A stretch of 56,974 nucleotides of DNA from Basidiobolus meristosporus CBS 931.73. Lineage: Eukaryota > Fungi > Basidiobolomycota. Below are positions 37,870 to 48,003 of the stretch, piece by piece. Location: the NCBI GenBank assembly GCA_002104905.1, contig MCFE01000570.1, positions 1 through 56,974 on the forward strand, given 5' to 3'. The stretch's first letter is position 1; the number at the start of each line of letters is the position of its first letter. A program made the position numbers and the translations under genes. The notes below the pieces were generated by a model. It had not been told where the DNA came from and did not search any database. It was given only the letters and a program-made list of their open reading frames with translations.

Positions 37870-39815
37870 TTATTCTGCAACAGATGCTGATTCTTTCTTT
37901 GTAGCTGGCTCCCAACCAAAGTCCTCACTAGCTACATTTGCGACCATCTCGCCAATGGCCAAGGAAGCGGTACAAGCGGGTGATGGCGCATTGCGCACAT
38001 TAAGCGTGGTGCCTCCCAATACCTTGTTATCGCCGATTAGATGTGGGATTCGTTCGAGAAGCCTGGTACTCATACGCTCTTACCTTTCGTTCCAATATGT
38101 AGTCTCCAGCGGCTACGCCTCCCTTTTCAAAGATTTGTGCCATTACGCCGGCGAACGAGGGCTCCACCATATCTTCGCGCAAAGAGGGTATCATCCTCTG
38201 CCCAGATTTCAAAAATGCTCGCTTGTTCAGATCGCGCCATAGTTCTCCGAACGACAGTGAGAAGTTACTCAGGGCAAAGGACCAAAAGTGTGGGTTGGTG
38301 ATAGAGTCCCAAATGTCGCTGAGCTTAAGGTCCCAAAACTGGTAGCCTTCTCTGGCAAATGTTATACAGGCACCCGGGCCAACGATCAATTGGTGGCCGC
38401 GGCGAGCGTTGACCTACGAAGCGAAATTAATGCATGGTTTCGTTTTGTTCGCCACACGAAATACTTCACTTACGGTAGGAGTGAAATGCACTCCAACTGG
38501 GATCCCTCCGCCACTGGGGACTGGATACACATTCATCTTGACTAAGCCACGGTACTCTGGCTTCACTTGATAGTACGTACCACGGAATGTCACCACTCTG
38601 GCAGCTTCTGGGTCTCCACCAGCAAGACCACTAACCCGATCAGCATAAAAACCTGCACATGTGATGACATTCTTGCCTAGGACCTCCAGAGCAGGCCCTT
38701 TGTTGGCTGGCTCTGCGCCCCTAATCTATATAATCACAATTAACACCGTGGCCACAAAAAGGATTGGTGGAGTGATTGCACTTACCAACACTCGATGATC
38801 TGATGTCTGAGTGAACTTCTTGGCCTCGAACGCTAGTTTGATTTCTCCCCTTCTGATGTTCTCGAAAGATTGAGTCTTATGCACATGTCGAGTGCGAAAA
38901 AGCGGGATGCTTACCCACTATCTTTGATCTCTTGAGCTAAATTTTGCGCAACTAGTCCAAAATCCACGATCCCTGTGTTGGGTGAATACAAGGCAGAGTA
39001 GGCGCGAACATTGGGTTCGTACTCCTTTACCTTTGTAGATGGTTGAGTATTTGTTGGTCTTGTTACCATTGAGAAGAGAGCTCTTACCTGCTCCCCGTCT
39101 AAAATCTTCAATCCTTTAACTCCATTAGCAGTTCCCTGGCGGTAAAGTTTCTCCACTTGTGCGTGCTCCTTTTCGTTGACGGCAACGACCAATTTGCCAC
39201 AACGCTCGACTGGGAGACCATGGTCCTCGCAATATTTGTACATTAGGTCGGCTCCTCTAACACAAGTATGTGCCATACGAGAACCCGGTTCACTGCAAAG
39301 TAGAATGACAGAATTAATAAGGAATCGCTAAAGGATAGTACTATGCGAGATATATTACTAGTATAGACCAGCATGGATTACACCGCTGTTATGTCCAGTT
39401 TGGTGAGCAGCCACCTCTCGCTCCTTCTCGAGTACAACTACGGTTTTCTCGGGAAACCGATTAAGTATCTCTCGAGCAGTAGCTAAGCCAACAATACCTC
39501 CGCCCACTATAAATCAGAAAGTGAGTTCCAGCAAACATAGACTATTTCTTTGCGAAGCTTGGCGTGCTTACCAACTACCACGTCATATTCGGGCTTAGCA
39601 TGGACGTTTCTGAAATTATTTTCTTTTAAGGGGCCTAGTAGCTTCGAAAAGCCAGGCTTTTCTCCAGAGTTCTCTCCCGGTAACTTTTCCCACAGGTGAG
39701 GCTTCTCTTGGGCAGAAAGTTTACTTAGCTTGTGAAAGCCAGCGTAGCTTGTTCGTATGTAGGCGCGAGCCAAGTGTCTGGTTGGAAAAGTTCTAGTAGC
39801 CCTGGAAGCAAGCAT
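37870..39815 (-). CDS. L2HGDH: L-2-hydroxyglutarate dehydrogenase (FAD-dependent), mitochondrial, multi-exon
   Basis: [67 protein letters not shown]...[39 protein letters not shown]. Confidence 0.94.
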
Positions 39816-40641
39816 AACGTTGGAAGTGGAGTGGGATTACGAGAGACTTGCAACTGTTGAACAATAATTCAAGATCCCCACACCTGTAAATACGTATTTA
39901 GCGTATGTCACATGATCAAGAACAACGGTAAATGGCACTCAACAAACAAAGATAACTAGTTATCTGCTATCGTACCCGACATCCATGACACTTACCAATC
40001 CCGGATGACGACATACTGTCCAAATCTGTATAGATATAGGCTGGACACGTAAATCCAGGCCATGTCGATGGATCCTGTATGTTACAAATAAGGAAATCGG
40101 AATCTTACCTAGGGGACACCTGTCCGTTTTTGACCTCGTTCACGTTCAGATGCCCTTGCAATATTGGTAGGATGCCCAACACAATTCCTATTCATTTGAT
40201 TCTCCCCGGCAACTAGACTCGTCGACAACCAGGAATAGTTATCTTTCCGACAATAGCTTTGTGTGGCCCCATATACCATGTAGTGCAGCTGTTGTGCCAG
40301 CTAAATTTACCAATCCGAATCCCGCCCCCAACCTCAACCTCATCAGCGTATTCCGGGCACTATTTCGATAAATAAGGCTACATTCTATGAGCCAAAGGTT
40401 TCCTATTCTGTGGGCTGTCAATTATGCAAGGTGGCTGGGAATTTCGAAGCAGCAATGTACGCATTCTTGCTTTTGCCCCATAACTAGTAGGATATCAATG
40501 GGGCAAATGGGTAAGACCGAGTATCGTACAAAGTTGTTGTAAACTTGGCTATGGCACTCATGAATTAATGGTTCGCTATGTTGTGCGCACATTTATTCTT
40601 TGGGAAAGTATTTTTGACATATATATATATCCATCCCTATT

Positions 40642-41565
40642 TCAGGCGAAGGCTGACTTCATTTCTTGGGCGACAGTCCTATAACAATCCCATTTCTTGT
40701 CGGCGGCATCTTTCCCAAGTGCCCTTTCCCAGACGTGTAACCAACCATGAAACACTCCCTCGTACACCTTCCCGATGAAGCTTCTCTTTTGGTCCTTAAA
40801 CTTGGCAATGAATTTCTCAATGTCCGCGATGTTAGGGTCATTCCGGGCGGCCAGGATAACCATAGAGTCGGGATAGGCGTCGGGGGTGGCGTAATTTACG
40901 GAAAGCAAGGGATTTCGTAGTGAGTCCTCGTCACCTTGAGTTGTTTGCAAGTAGGATTCGTGGTAGAAGTTACGTATTTTCGGGTCTTTTTCATCAAAAG
41001 TATTGTCCGAGCTGCGGGAAAAATCTATGGGAGAGTAAATACTCACGACTGCTTTAATGATATCCCGATTGGATTTCATCAATAGCTGCGAAAGCGCTAA
41101 AGCCAAGTGGCCACCAGCGCTCGTTCCTCCTACCGCCAACTTGGTGGTCTTGTATTCCTGGAGGATCCACTGACTAACAGCATAGGTGTCATTCAGGCCA
41201 GTGGGAAATGGATGTTCTGGTGCCAAGCGATACGCTGGCGAAATGACGATGCAACCCACCTCCTTGGCTAAAAAGAGGCAGAACTGTGAATCGTCGCCTT
41301 CATTTCCAGCAACAAAGCCTCCGCCATGAAGATTAAGGTAAACAGGATAGTTCTGTGGATTTCTGGAATCGTAGGAGGGTGGGAAATAGAAAGCGCAACG
41401 TAAGGCCGGATTTGTAGGTATCTGCTGGATAAGGGAGGGGGAATAGTTATGCCGCATGAAGAAAGAAACCAAGCCGCCCAAACTCCTGATGAGGTAAACC
41501 TTAGCATAGAGCAGAACTTTGGCCCAGCCGTGGGTAGCCGTGGAGGTGTTCTGTAGAGTAGTCAT
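40642..41565 (-). CDS. Alpha/beta hydrolase, GDXG/HSL (Abhydrolase_3) family, intronless
   Basis: HGGGF oxyanion motif, YRLAPEHPFP, nucleophile GTSAGG, acid ARND, His in FHGW. Confidence 0.92.
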   Translation of the reverse strand: MTTLQNTSTATHGWAKVLLYAKVYLIRSLGGLVSFFMRHNYSPSLIQQIPTNPALRCAFYFPPSYDSRNPQNYPVYLNLHGGGFVAGNEGDDSQFCLFLAKEVGCIVISPAYRLAPEHPFPTGLNDTYAVSQWILQEYKTTKLAVGGTSAGGHLALALSQLLMKSNRDIIKAVVSIYSPIDFSRSSDNTFDEKDPKIRNFYHESYLQTTQGDEDSLRNPLLSVNYATPDAYPDSMVILAARNDPNIADIEKFIAKFKDQKRSFIGKVYEGVFHGWLHVWERALGKDAADKKWDCYRTVAQEMKSAFA

Positions 41566-41770
41566 ATTGTGTTCGTATGGGCGTGGACGTCTTCAAGGAA
41601 TTGTATTTGTATCAAGGAACTGGAGTTGGCATCCGCAGTGATCTAGTTATGCTTTCTACGTGTAACCCAGATGGTGACTGAAAGTCAAATTTCTCTGTGG
41701 CGTTGATTGATCTGCGGAATAGCAGCTCAGCTGATAGCTATTTTATTTAATCGTTACATACAGTAGTGCC

Positions 41771-42127
41771 TTAAAAATCGAACACCCTATTCGTTCTGCT
41801 GACAAGAACACAGCGATTGCTGTATGTCTGTTTGAATTTGAGACCAGCTCCCTTTGCGGTCACCGTCACAGGATCAAAGATGGCTATGCAGAGTGCTCCG
41901 TCGTCCGCGAGTCCTGCAATGGAACCATTTGCCTTGTCAAGAGCTGAACAGGCAGCTTTTGGATGAGGATGAGTGCCTCCAGCGGGGTGACATGTCAAAG
42001 TTACTTCCGACAGCTTTGGGCCTTTCGTATTCCGTCCTTGGTAAATAGTAAGCGTGTAGTGACTCTCCCTAGCCACCACAATCAGGGAACTGCTCAGAAG
42101 GGCACTAAGTAGGCTATACAATTTCAT
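41771..42127 (-). CDS. Secreted Streptomyces subtilisin inhibitor (SSI, MEROPS I16)-family protein, intronless
   Basis: Hydrophobic signal peptide, then VTLTCHPAGGTHPHPKAACSAL, CIAIFDPVTVTAKG, QTYSNRC and C-terminal VFDF. Four Cys (46, 60, 80, 106) match the SSI disulfide pattern. Confidence 0.9.
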   Translation of the reverse strand: MKLYSLLSALLSSSLIVVARESHYTLTIYQGRNTKGPKLSEVTLTCHPAGGTHPHPKAACSALDKANGSIAGLADDGALCIAIFDPVTVTAKGAGLKFKQTYSNRCVLVSRTNRVFDF

Positions 42128-43573
42128 TGATTCAGACTACTCGCTGACCATGCTATTTTATAGACTACGTTCATGAAACAGAGTAATTGGTTGGAGGTGG
42201 TCCACCTGTACGACCAGATTTAAACAGCTACGATTAAATCCGCTTCTGACTAACCCATTCTACTCATTAAACGTGGTGTGCATTGTTGGCACTAGATGGA
42301 GGTGGCTGAGGGCCGAAGGTCCCATCAATTTCAAATTGGTGGTGGTTGAATGGATCAGTAGCATACCCGCGTAACTGAGGCCTGTTTCAAAATCCGAACA
42401 CAATGCCAGTGCCCCTGGCCTGGATGCAACGATTACTGTACGTTTTTTGGAATCGAGGATCTTGTAGCCATGGCCTTTGGTTGTGACTGTGGCAGATTGG
42501 AAGACAAACAGACTCATCATATCACCTCTTTGGGGATGAACTCGATACACCTCCTTCACACGCTGTTGGATTGTGCGTTGTGCCATTGGTGGATGCTTTC
42601 AAGCAATTGATCAGTAGCAAACGGGTGTCTGTTGTAGCGCTGGAGAGATGGATTCAGGGCTCCATCATGTACGTCTTAGATGGGATCACCAAGTCTGACG
42701 TGTCAGCATTGTTGAAACAGTGCTATGTTTGAATGCGCATTGGGCCTACACCCAGAATAGATCTCGAAGAGTCCGTTGCATTGTTGCCCAGTTTTATAAT
42801 GCTTCATAGAGGCGGAGTGTAAGAAGGAATCCTATGGAATGTGGACATCGGTTAAACAAGATTTTTCGTTGGGGTTGTATTTTAAACTAAGCTCTTTTAA
42901 CGTTGAAGCTTTGTCGTGCAACATTTTAACACGTTGGATTGTCGTTTTGCTACGTACCTCTTCCAAGTCCAATATTGTAAGCCCAATTTCATGCATTCAA
43001 AAAGGCTGGCCCGGATATTACTGGCTTACCAAATGCTTCTGTTACATACAGATCTTGCTATATGCTGCGAAGCATCATACTTGAACCGGCCATTTCCAGC
43101 CAGATATATTGATAACTACTGACTCGACGCTTTTAGCGGAAGGTCGTTCACTCATTGCTTAATTATGGAGCATGCTCAGACTTTTGGCAGCATAATTGGA
43201 AATTAGATATGTGGGTACACCACGGCGGGCTTTAGGAATATGCTAAGATTGAGTGATGCACGGGAAATTTTGCCTGTATTCATATTGATTCAAAATTCTG
43301 GCTAATTATCAAACGTTACTTCAACTATATTATCGTATTGATGAGCAAGTAGACCCAGTATCTGGTATCAGTAGTAACACAATATCTGTTGAGTGTCTTT
43401 TGGGATTTGCTCATATAAATTGGCATGCCCTAAGCTTTGTAGGCATACTCGTATTGTTGAATCAAGCTCAGCACCTAAAGTATTAGTATATCCAAAACTT
43501 GTACTAGGCTAATAGTTAAATTATGAATTATTGACCTTAGGGTTATGCTGCAATTCTTGGCTGATATTATTGT

Positions 43574-44125
43574 TATAAGGGTTTTAGAGATATTGCACGT
43601 GACTAGCAGAACAAGTAGAATATGTGGTTTTCACTTAATGGTTTAGTGAATGTAAAGTGGTATTTATACTCTTACATGACCTTGGCAAAATAAACATAAA
43701 GAATATGCTCAGAAAAATCCCCAAGACATGTGTGCAAAGTTTGGGGCTCTTTGGACATCTTTGAGAATTCTCATGTCCTGGGTACCTGATATTTGTTGCA
43801 ATATTCTGAGGAGTATTGGAAGTGATGTGGAGAACTAGAGGACTTACATGTTATTCACTTGTAGATTTATTGATCAAAAGTATGGTATTTGTACTTTTGA
43901 TACAGTGGAGCAAAAAAAATGCTTAGAGCTTACTAAGGAAGGTCTCAAGAATATGTGTGCAAAGTTTGGGGGCTTTTGGACAACTTTGAGAAAGATCATA
44001 ATCTGGATACCTGATAATTTAGTGAAAATATACCAAGTAAATCTGGACCAGATATTTGGCCAGGGCAGAATGCTAATCAAAGAACAAGATCTATGTTACT
44101 AAGTTAGCATGAATATTTAGGTGAC
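43574..44125 (-). repeat. Two tandem degenerate copies (about 43574-43810, truncated; about 43811-44125) of the copia LTR, in inverted orientation
   Basis: Both segments align by eye to the reverse complement of 44221-44566. Shared blocks include gaacaagtaga.tatgtggttttcacttaatg (first copy), atgtgtgcaaagtttgggg...ttggaca.ctttgagaa (both copies) and actaagttag..tgaatatttaggtg (second copy). Confidence 0.8.
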
Positions 44126-44220
44126 AACTTAACAATTACCACCCTCCCACTGAACAAAATATTCATAAGTGATATACATATTGAGAGTGTGTGTTGTATC
44201 TAAGAGAAAAGTGTAATAAG

Positions 44221-44566
44221 TGTTGTAAAAATTCGTATTTCCACCTAAATATTCACCTAACTTAGTCACTTAGATCATCACCTTCAAATCCTAGAGAATA
44301 CTGACCAAATTCCTTGTTGGGATTTACTTAGAATATTTTCATCAAAATACCAGGTACCCAGAACATGAAAATTCTCAAAGTTGTCCAAACAGCCCCAAAC
44401 TTTGCACACATGTTCTTGGGACCTTTCTTAATCTACTTTACGTGTTTGTTATGCCAAGACCATGTAAAAGTATAAATACTACTTTTACATTCAATAAATC
44501 ATTAAGTGAAAACCACATAATCTACTTGTTCTCCCAATCACTTCCAATATCTCCAAGACTCTTACA
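44221..44566 (+). repeat. 5' LTR of a Ty1/copia element (346 bp)
   Basis: Starts TGTTG and ends TACA, directly before the PBS. TATAAATA at 44471, AATAAA at 44493. Homologous solo copies lie upstream. Confidence 0.8.
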
Positions 44567-44569
44567 AAA

Positions 44570-44581
44570 GGTTATGAGCCC
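44570..44581 (+). promoter_or_regulatory. Primer-binding site GGTTATGAGCCC, complementary to the anticodon stem-loop of initiator tRNA-Met (Ty5/Drosophila copia half-tRNA type)
   Basis: Lies 3 nt after the LTR CA end. Reverse complement GGGCTCATAACC matches the yeast tRNAiMet anticodon arm as I recall it. Overlaps the gag ATG at 44574. Confidence 0.75.
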
Positions 44582-46876
44582 CAAGCTGTCACTCTCTGCA
44601 ATGTCTACTACTGCTATTACTGGAATTTTTCCCTCTGCTGAAAAGTTGGATGGATCTAACTACCAAGTGTGGAAGGTGAAGATGAAGATGCTGCTACAAG
44701 AAAGAGGCCTTTGGGATATTGTCATGGGAGAAGAATGCCCTCCTAAAAATGTGGGAGAGGAAGCTTTAAAGTACCAGAAGAAAGAGCAAAGTGCCTTTAA
44801 CTGCATTTGCCATAATGTCAAGGACAAATTGCTAATTCAATGCTCAAGAGCAAAAACGGCAAAGAATGCCTGGAAAGCATTAGAAGACACCTACCAGTCA
44901 TGTTCAGCTGCCAAGAAGATGTATCTGAGATGAAAATTCTTTACTACAAAGATGCTGCCAGGAGAAGAAATGAAAAATCTAATTAACAGAACTACCCTGC
45001 TGGTAGATGGGATGGAATCTGTGGGAGTACCAACTACTGATGAGGATGTGATAGTTACCATCCTGAATAGCCTGAAAGACAAGTTTCAGGGCCTTGTATC
45101 AGCCCTAGAGTCCAGAACTGAAGATTTGACCTTAAATTACATATATGGAAGGCTCCTGGATGAAGAATTAAGAAAAACAAGCGCCAATAAGAAGGAAGAA
45201 GAAAATACTTTAATAAGCAATGATACCCAACAAAGGAGGTACCCAAGACCCTACAAAGACAACAGCAACCTGTTTTATAACTACTGCAAAAGGAAAGGAC
45301 ACACATCAGACCGGTGTCTCAAAAAGAAAGATAATTAGCAAAAGAAGCCTGAATATGGAAATGCTGCAACAACTGAAGATAGACTATTCATATCTGCACT
45401 AAATATGACCACAAACAAGGATTCTCAGACGTGGTACATTGACTCTGGAGCTTCTCAACACATTACACACCAAAAAGAACTTTTTACCCAATATCAAGAA
45501 ATTCCAATTAAGAAGGTTTTCATGGGTGACAATAGAACACTTGATGCAGTGGGAGAAGGAACTATCCAAGTAAACCTTAGAAGCAGTGAAGGAAGCCATA
45601 CACTGACCTTTAAAGAAGTACTCTATGTACCAGAAATAGCCAAGAACCTACTCTCTGTAAGCAAGGCCACAGCAGAAGGACTCAGTTTCAGTTTTGACAA
45701 TTCTGGATGCTGGATCACTGATCAAAATGGTGCCCATATTGCTTTGGGCATCAGAGATCAGAATCTATACAAGTTGACTTATATTCCATCATATTTGGAA
45801 GCCAATATAAGTAGCTTAAATGAAGAAACACCAATGCTTTGGCACAGGAGATTTGGACATATCAATTTTGATTATTTGCGCAAAATGATCAAAGATCAGC
45901 TAATTTCTGGAGTGAAAATTGATCCCCCAGCTAACTTGGAGCACTGTGAAGCCTGCATATATGGGAAACACGCCAGACAACCGTTCAAGAGCTCTGGATT
46001 AATCAAAACTAAGAAAAAACTAGATCTAATTCACTCAGATCTGTGTGGACCTATGCAAATTTATCCTTAGGCGGGATGAAGTATTTAATCACCTTTATTG
46101 ATGATTATACATGATACATATGGGTCTACTTCATGGAGAGAAAGGAAGAAGCTCTGTCTAAGCTCAGGGAGTTTAAAGCCATGGTGGAGAGAGAAACTGG
46201 TGAAAAAATCACGAAAATACGCACTGACAATGGTGGAGAATATACCTCAAAACTCTTCATCCACTTCTGCAAAATTCATGGGATAAAGCAAGAGACTACT
46301 GTACCATACTCCCCACAGCAGAATGGAGTAGCAGAACAAGCTAACAGATCAATAATTGATATGGCAAGATCCATGATCCATGATCAAAAATTATCCTATG
46401 ATTTTTGGGCGGAATCAGTTGCCACTGCTGTATATCTTAAAAATAGGAGTTATAACAGAATACTTTGTGATTCTATTCCATTTGAAGCATGGTATGGATA
46501 CAGACCAAGTGCAGAACATCTAAGAATATTTGGGTGTACAGCATATGCCAAAAAACTGGCTGGAAATCAGTCAAAATGCCTATTCAGTCTATATTGATGA
46601 ACCCCAGACTGTAAAAGAGGCCCTAAATAGCCCACAGACAAAGTTTTGGAGATCTGCAAAGACTGAGGAATATCAGGCCCTGATGGAAAATCAAACTTGG
46701 GACTTAGTCAAATTACCAATCAACCAAAAATCAATTGGATGCAGATGGGTCTTCAAGACAAAATACAAGGCTGATGGTACAATTGAAAGATACAAAGCAA
46801 GACTTGTAGCCAAAGGATACTCTCAAACAAAAGGACTTGACTATACTGAGACCTTTGCACCGGTAGCCAAGTTTAA
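44574..46876 (+). mobile_element. Decayed Ty1/copia gag-pol, internally deleted and truncated within RT
   Basis: Gag KLDGSNYQVWKVKMKMLL..GLW; degenerate knuckle YNYCKRKGHTSDRC; protease WYIDSGASQH; LWHRRFGH; integrase DLIHSDLCGPM, IRTDNGGEY, QQNGVAE; RT WDLV...GCRWVFKTK...[12 protein letters not shown]...TFAPVAK, then an abrupt junction. Stops at 44931, 45336 and about 46101, plus a frameshift about 46065. No RNase H or 3' LTR in the window. Confidence 0.95.
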
Positions 46877-46877
46877 T

Positions 46878-46955
46878 TTAGGGGAGGGAAAGTCACCAAG
46901 GTAGGTGAAATCTTTATTTGATTTCAGACAAGTCTAACTACAAATAAAGAAGCCA
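46878..46955 (-). other. Conserved 3'-terminal double-hairpin cis element, copy in D
   Basis: Plus-strand arms tcacc 46893-46897 / ggtga 46904-46908 and tctttatttg 46911-46920 / caaataaaga 46941-46950. Confidence 0.8.
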
Positions 46956-47006
46956 GCTGGGAATAGAAGATTCCCAAAGTAAACACTAAGTTGAATATGA
47001 ATAAAT

Positions 47007-47735
47007 CTAAGCTAAAGTTAAGGCAGTATCCCAGAGTACACTGGAGTTCAGGTTCATGGGGGAGTGAAGTAGATAAGCTTGAGAGATATAATAATCTTTT
47101 AAGAAGTGCGTAATAGCAGGAGAAGGGGAGTTTTTGATAAGTGAAGTGAATCTGGAGAGCAGAGATTCTTCTAATGAGAAGGTCTTGTAAACTGGAGAAT
47201 CAGGAAACTCTTCAAAGGCATGGTCAGTAGGTTCCCAGTAAAACTGGTCAGAGACATTTTGAGAGAACTCTTTAGCAATACTTTTGTCAAGTACTACCTC
47301 CAGAGTGTGATGGTTGATAAATCTCATGTTAACAATCTTGGATAAGTTGTAACCTTGTTGCTTGAGATACATCCTATGCTCAGATATAGGAATAAACTCC
47401 GCATTGGCAAAGTAGCAGACAGCCCAGTCAGTAGCAGGAGGCAAATCAGAAGTGGCAGGAAACTTTCTTTTAGTTTTAGGAAGAGCAGCAGGATATCTTG
47501 AGGAAGCAGGAACACACTTTTTGACAGCTTCAGAGTAGGAAGATTGAGCAGGAGCAGATGATTCTGGGGGAGTCTTGTTGGCAGGAAGAGTTGACACAGG
47601 GACAATAGATTCTTGCAGATCAGAGAAGGCAGAAAAGAGCTTTTGAACTTGTTTCTTGAGTAAAGCATTTTCAGCTTCAACAAGTGCAAGCCTTTCCTCA
47701 AGGAAGGAAATCTGAAGGGAATGGAATGAAGGCAT
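47007..47735 (-). CDS. LINE ORF1-like protein (coiled coil plus RRM-like domain), 242 aa, intact
   Basis: ATG 47735. Heptad-like LEERLALVEAENALLKKQVQKL; SYSEAVKK. Gapless 42-aa match to element C ORF1 with 12 identities (Y..PI..L..LS.I..FI..LE..L). Confidence 0.75.
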   Translation of the reverse strand: MPSFHSLQISFLEERLALVEAENALLKKQVQKLFSAFSDLQESIVPVSTLPANKTPPESSAPAQSSYSEAVKKCVPASSRYPAALPKTKRKFPATSDLPPATDWAVCYFANAEFIPISEHRMYLKQQGYNLSKIVNMRFINHHTLEVVLDKSIAKEFSQNVSDQFYWEPTDHAFEEFPDSPVYKTFSLEESLLSRFTSLIKNSPSPAITHFLKDYYISQAYLLHSPMNLNSSVLWDTALTLA

Positions 47736-47773
47736 AAGAAATAAGAAGAACAGGGTAGGTTGGGGTGGGTGGG

Positions 47774-48003
47774 TAGGAAAATTAGCAGGGAGAAGAGAAG
47801 GAAGGAGCAAAAATTCCAGAAGTCAGAATTTATAGATGGATGGACAAGGGTAGATGGATGGATTATTCCTGGGTTAGGAAAATTAGCAGGGAGAAGAGAA
47901 GGAAGGAGCAAAAATTCCAGAAGTCAGAATTTATAGATGGATGGACAAGGGTAGATGGATGGATTATTCCTGGGTTAGGAAAATTAGCAGGGAGAAGAGA
48001 AGG
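47774..48003 (-). repeat. About 2.3 tandem copies of a 101-bp unit at the 5' end of element D
   Basis: taggaaaattagcagggagaagagaagg... starts at 47774, 47875 and 47976; the copies are essentially identical. Confidence 0.92.

Larger units (their letters stand above)
46878..48003 (-). mobile_element. Element D: ORF1-only non-LTR retroelement with A/B-type 3' end
   Basis: Single ORF, short 3' UTR ending in the conserved hairpin motif plus CCCCTAA, 5' 101-bp tandem monomers, and no endonuclease or RT sequence. Confidence 0.75.

Noticed and set aside
42260-42700. 108-aa minus-strand ORF upstream of the SSI gene
   Set aside because: No recognisable domain in any frame I translated; cannot support a call without BLASTX.
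46885-46955. Hammerhead ribozyme reading of the conserved 3' motif (stem, GAAA, stem on the plus strand)
   Set aside because: There is no CUGANGA core upstream and no UH cleavage triplet after the second stem, and the G-U wobble points to the opposite strand.
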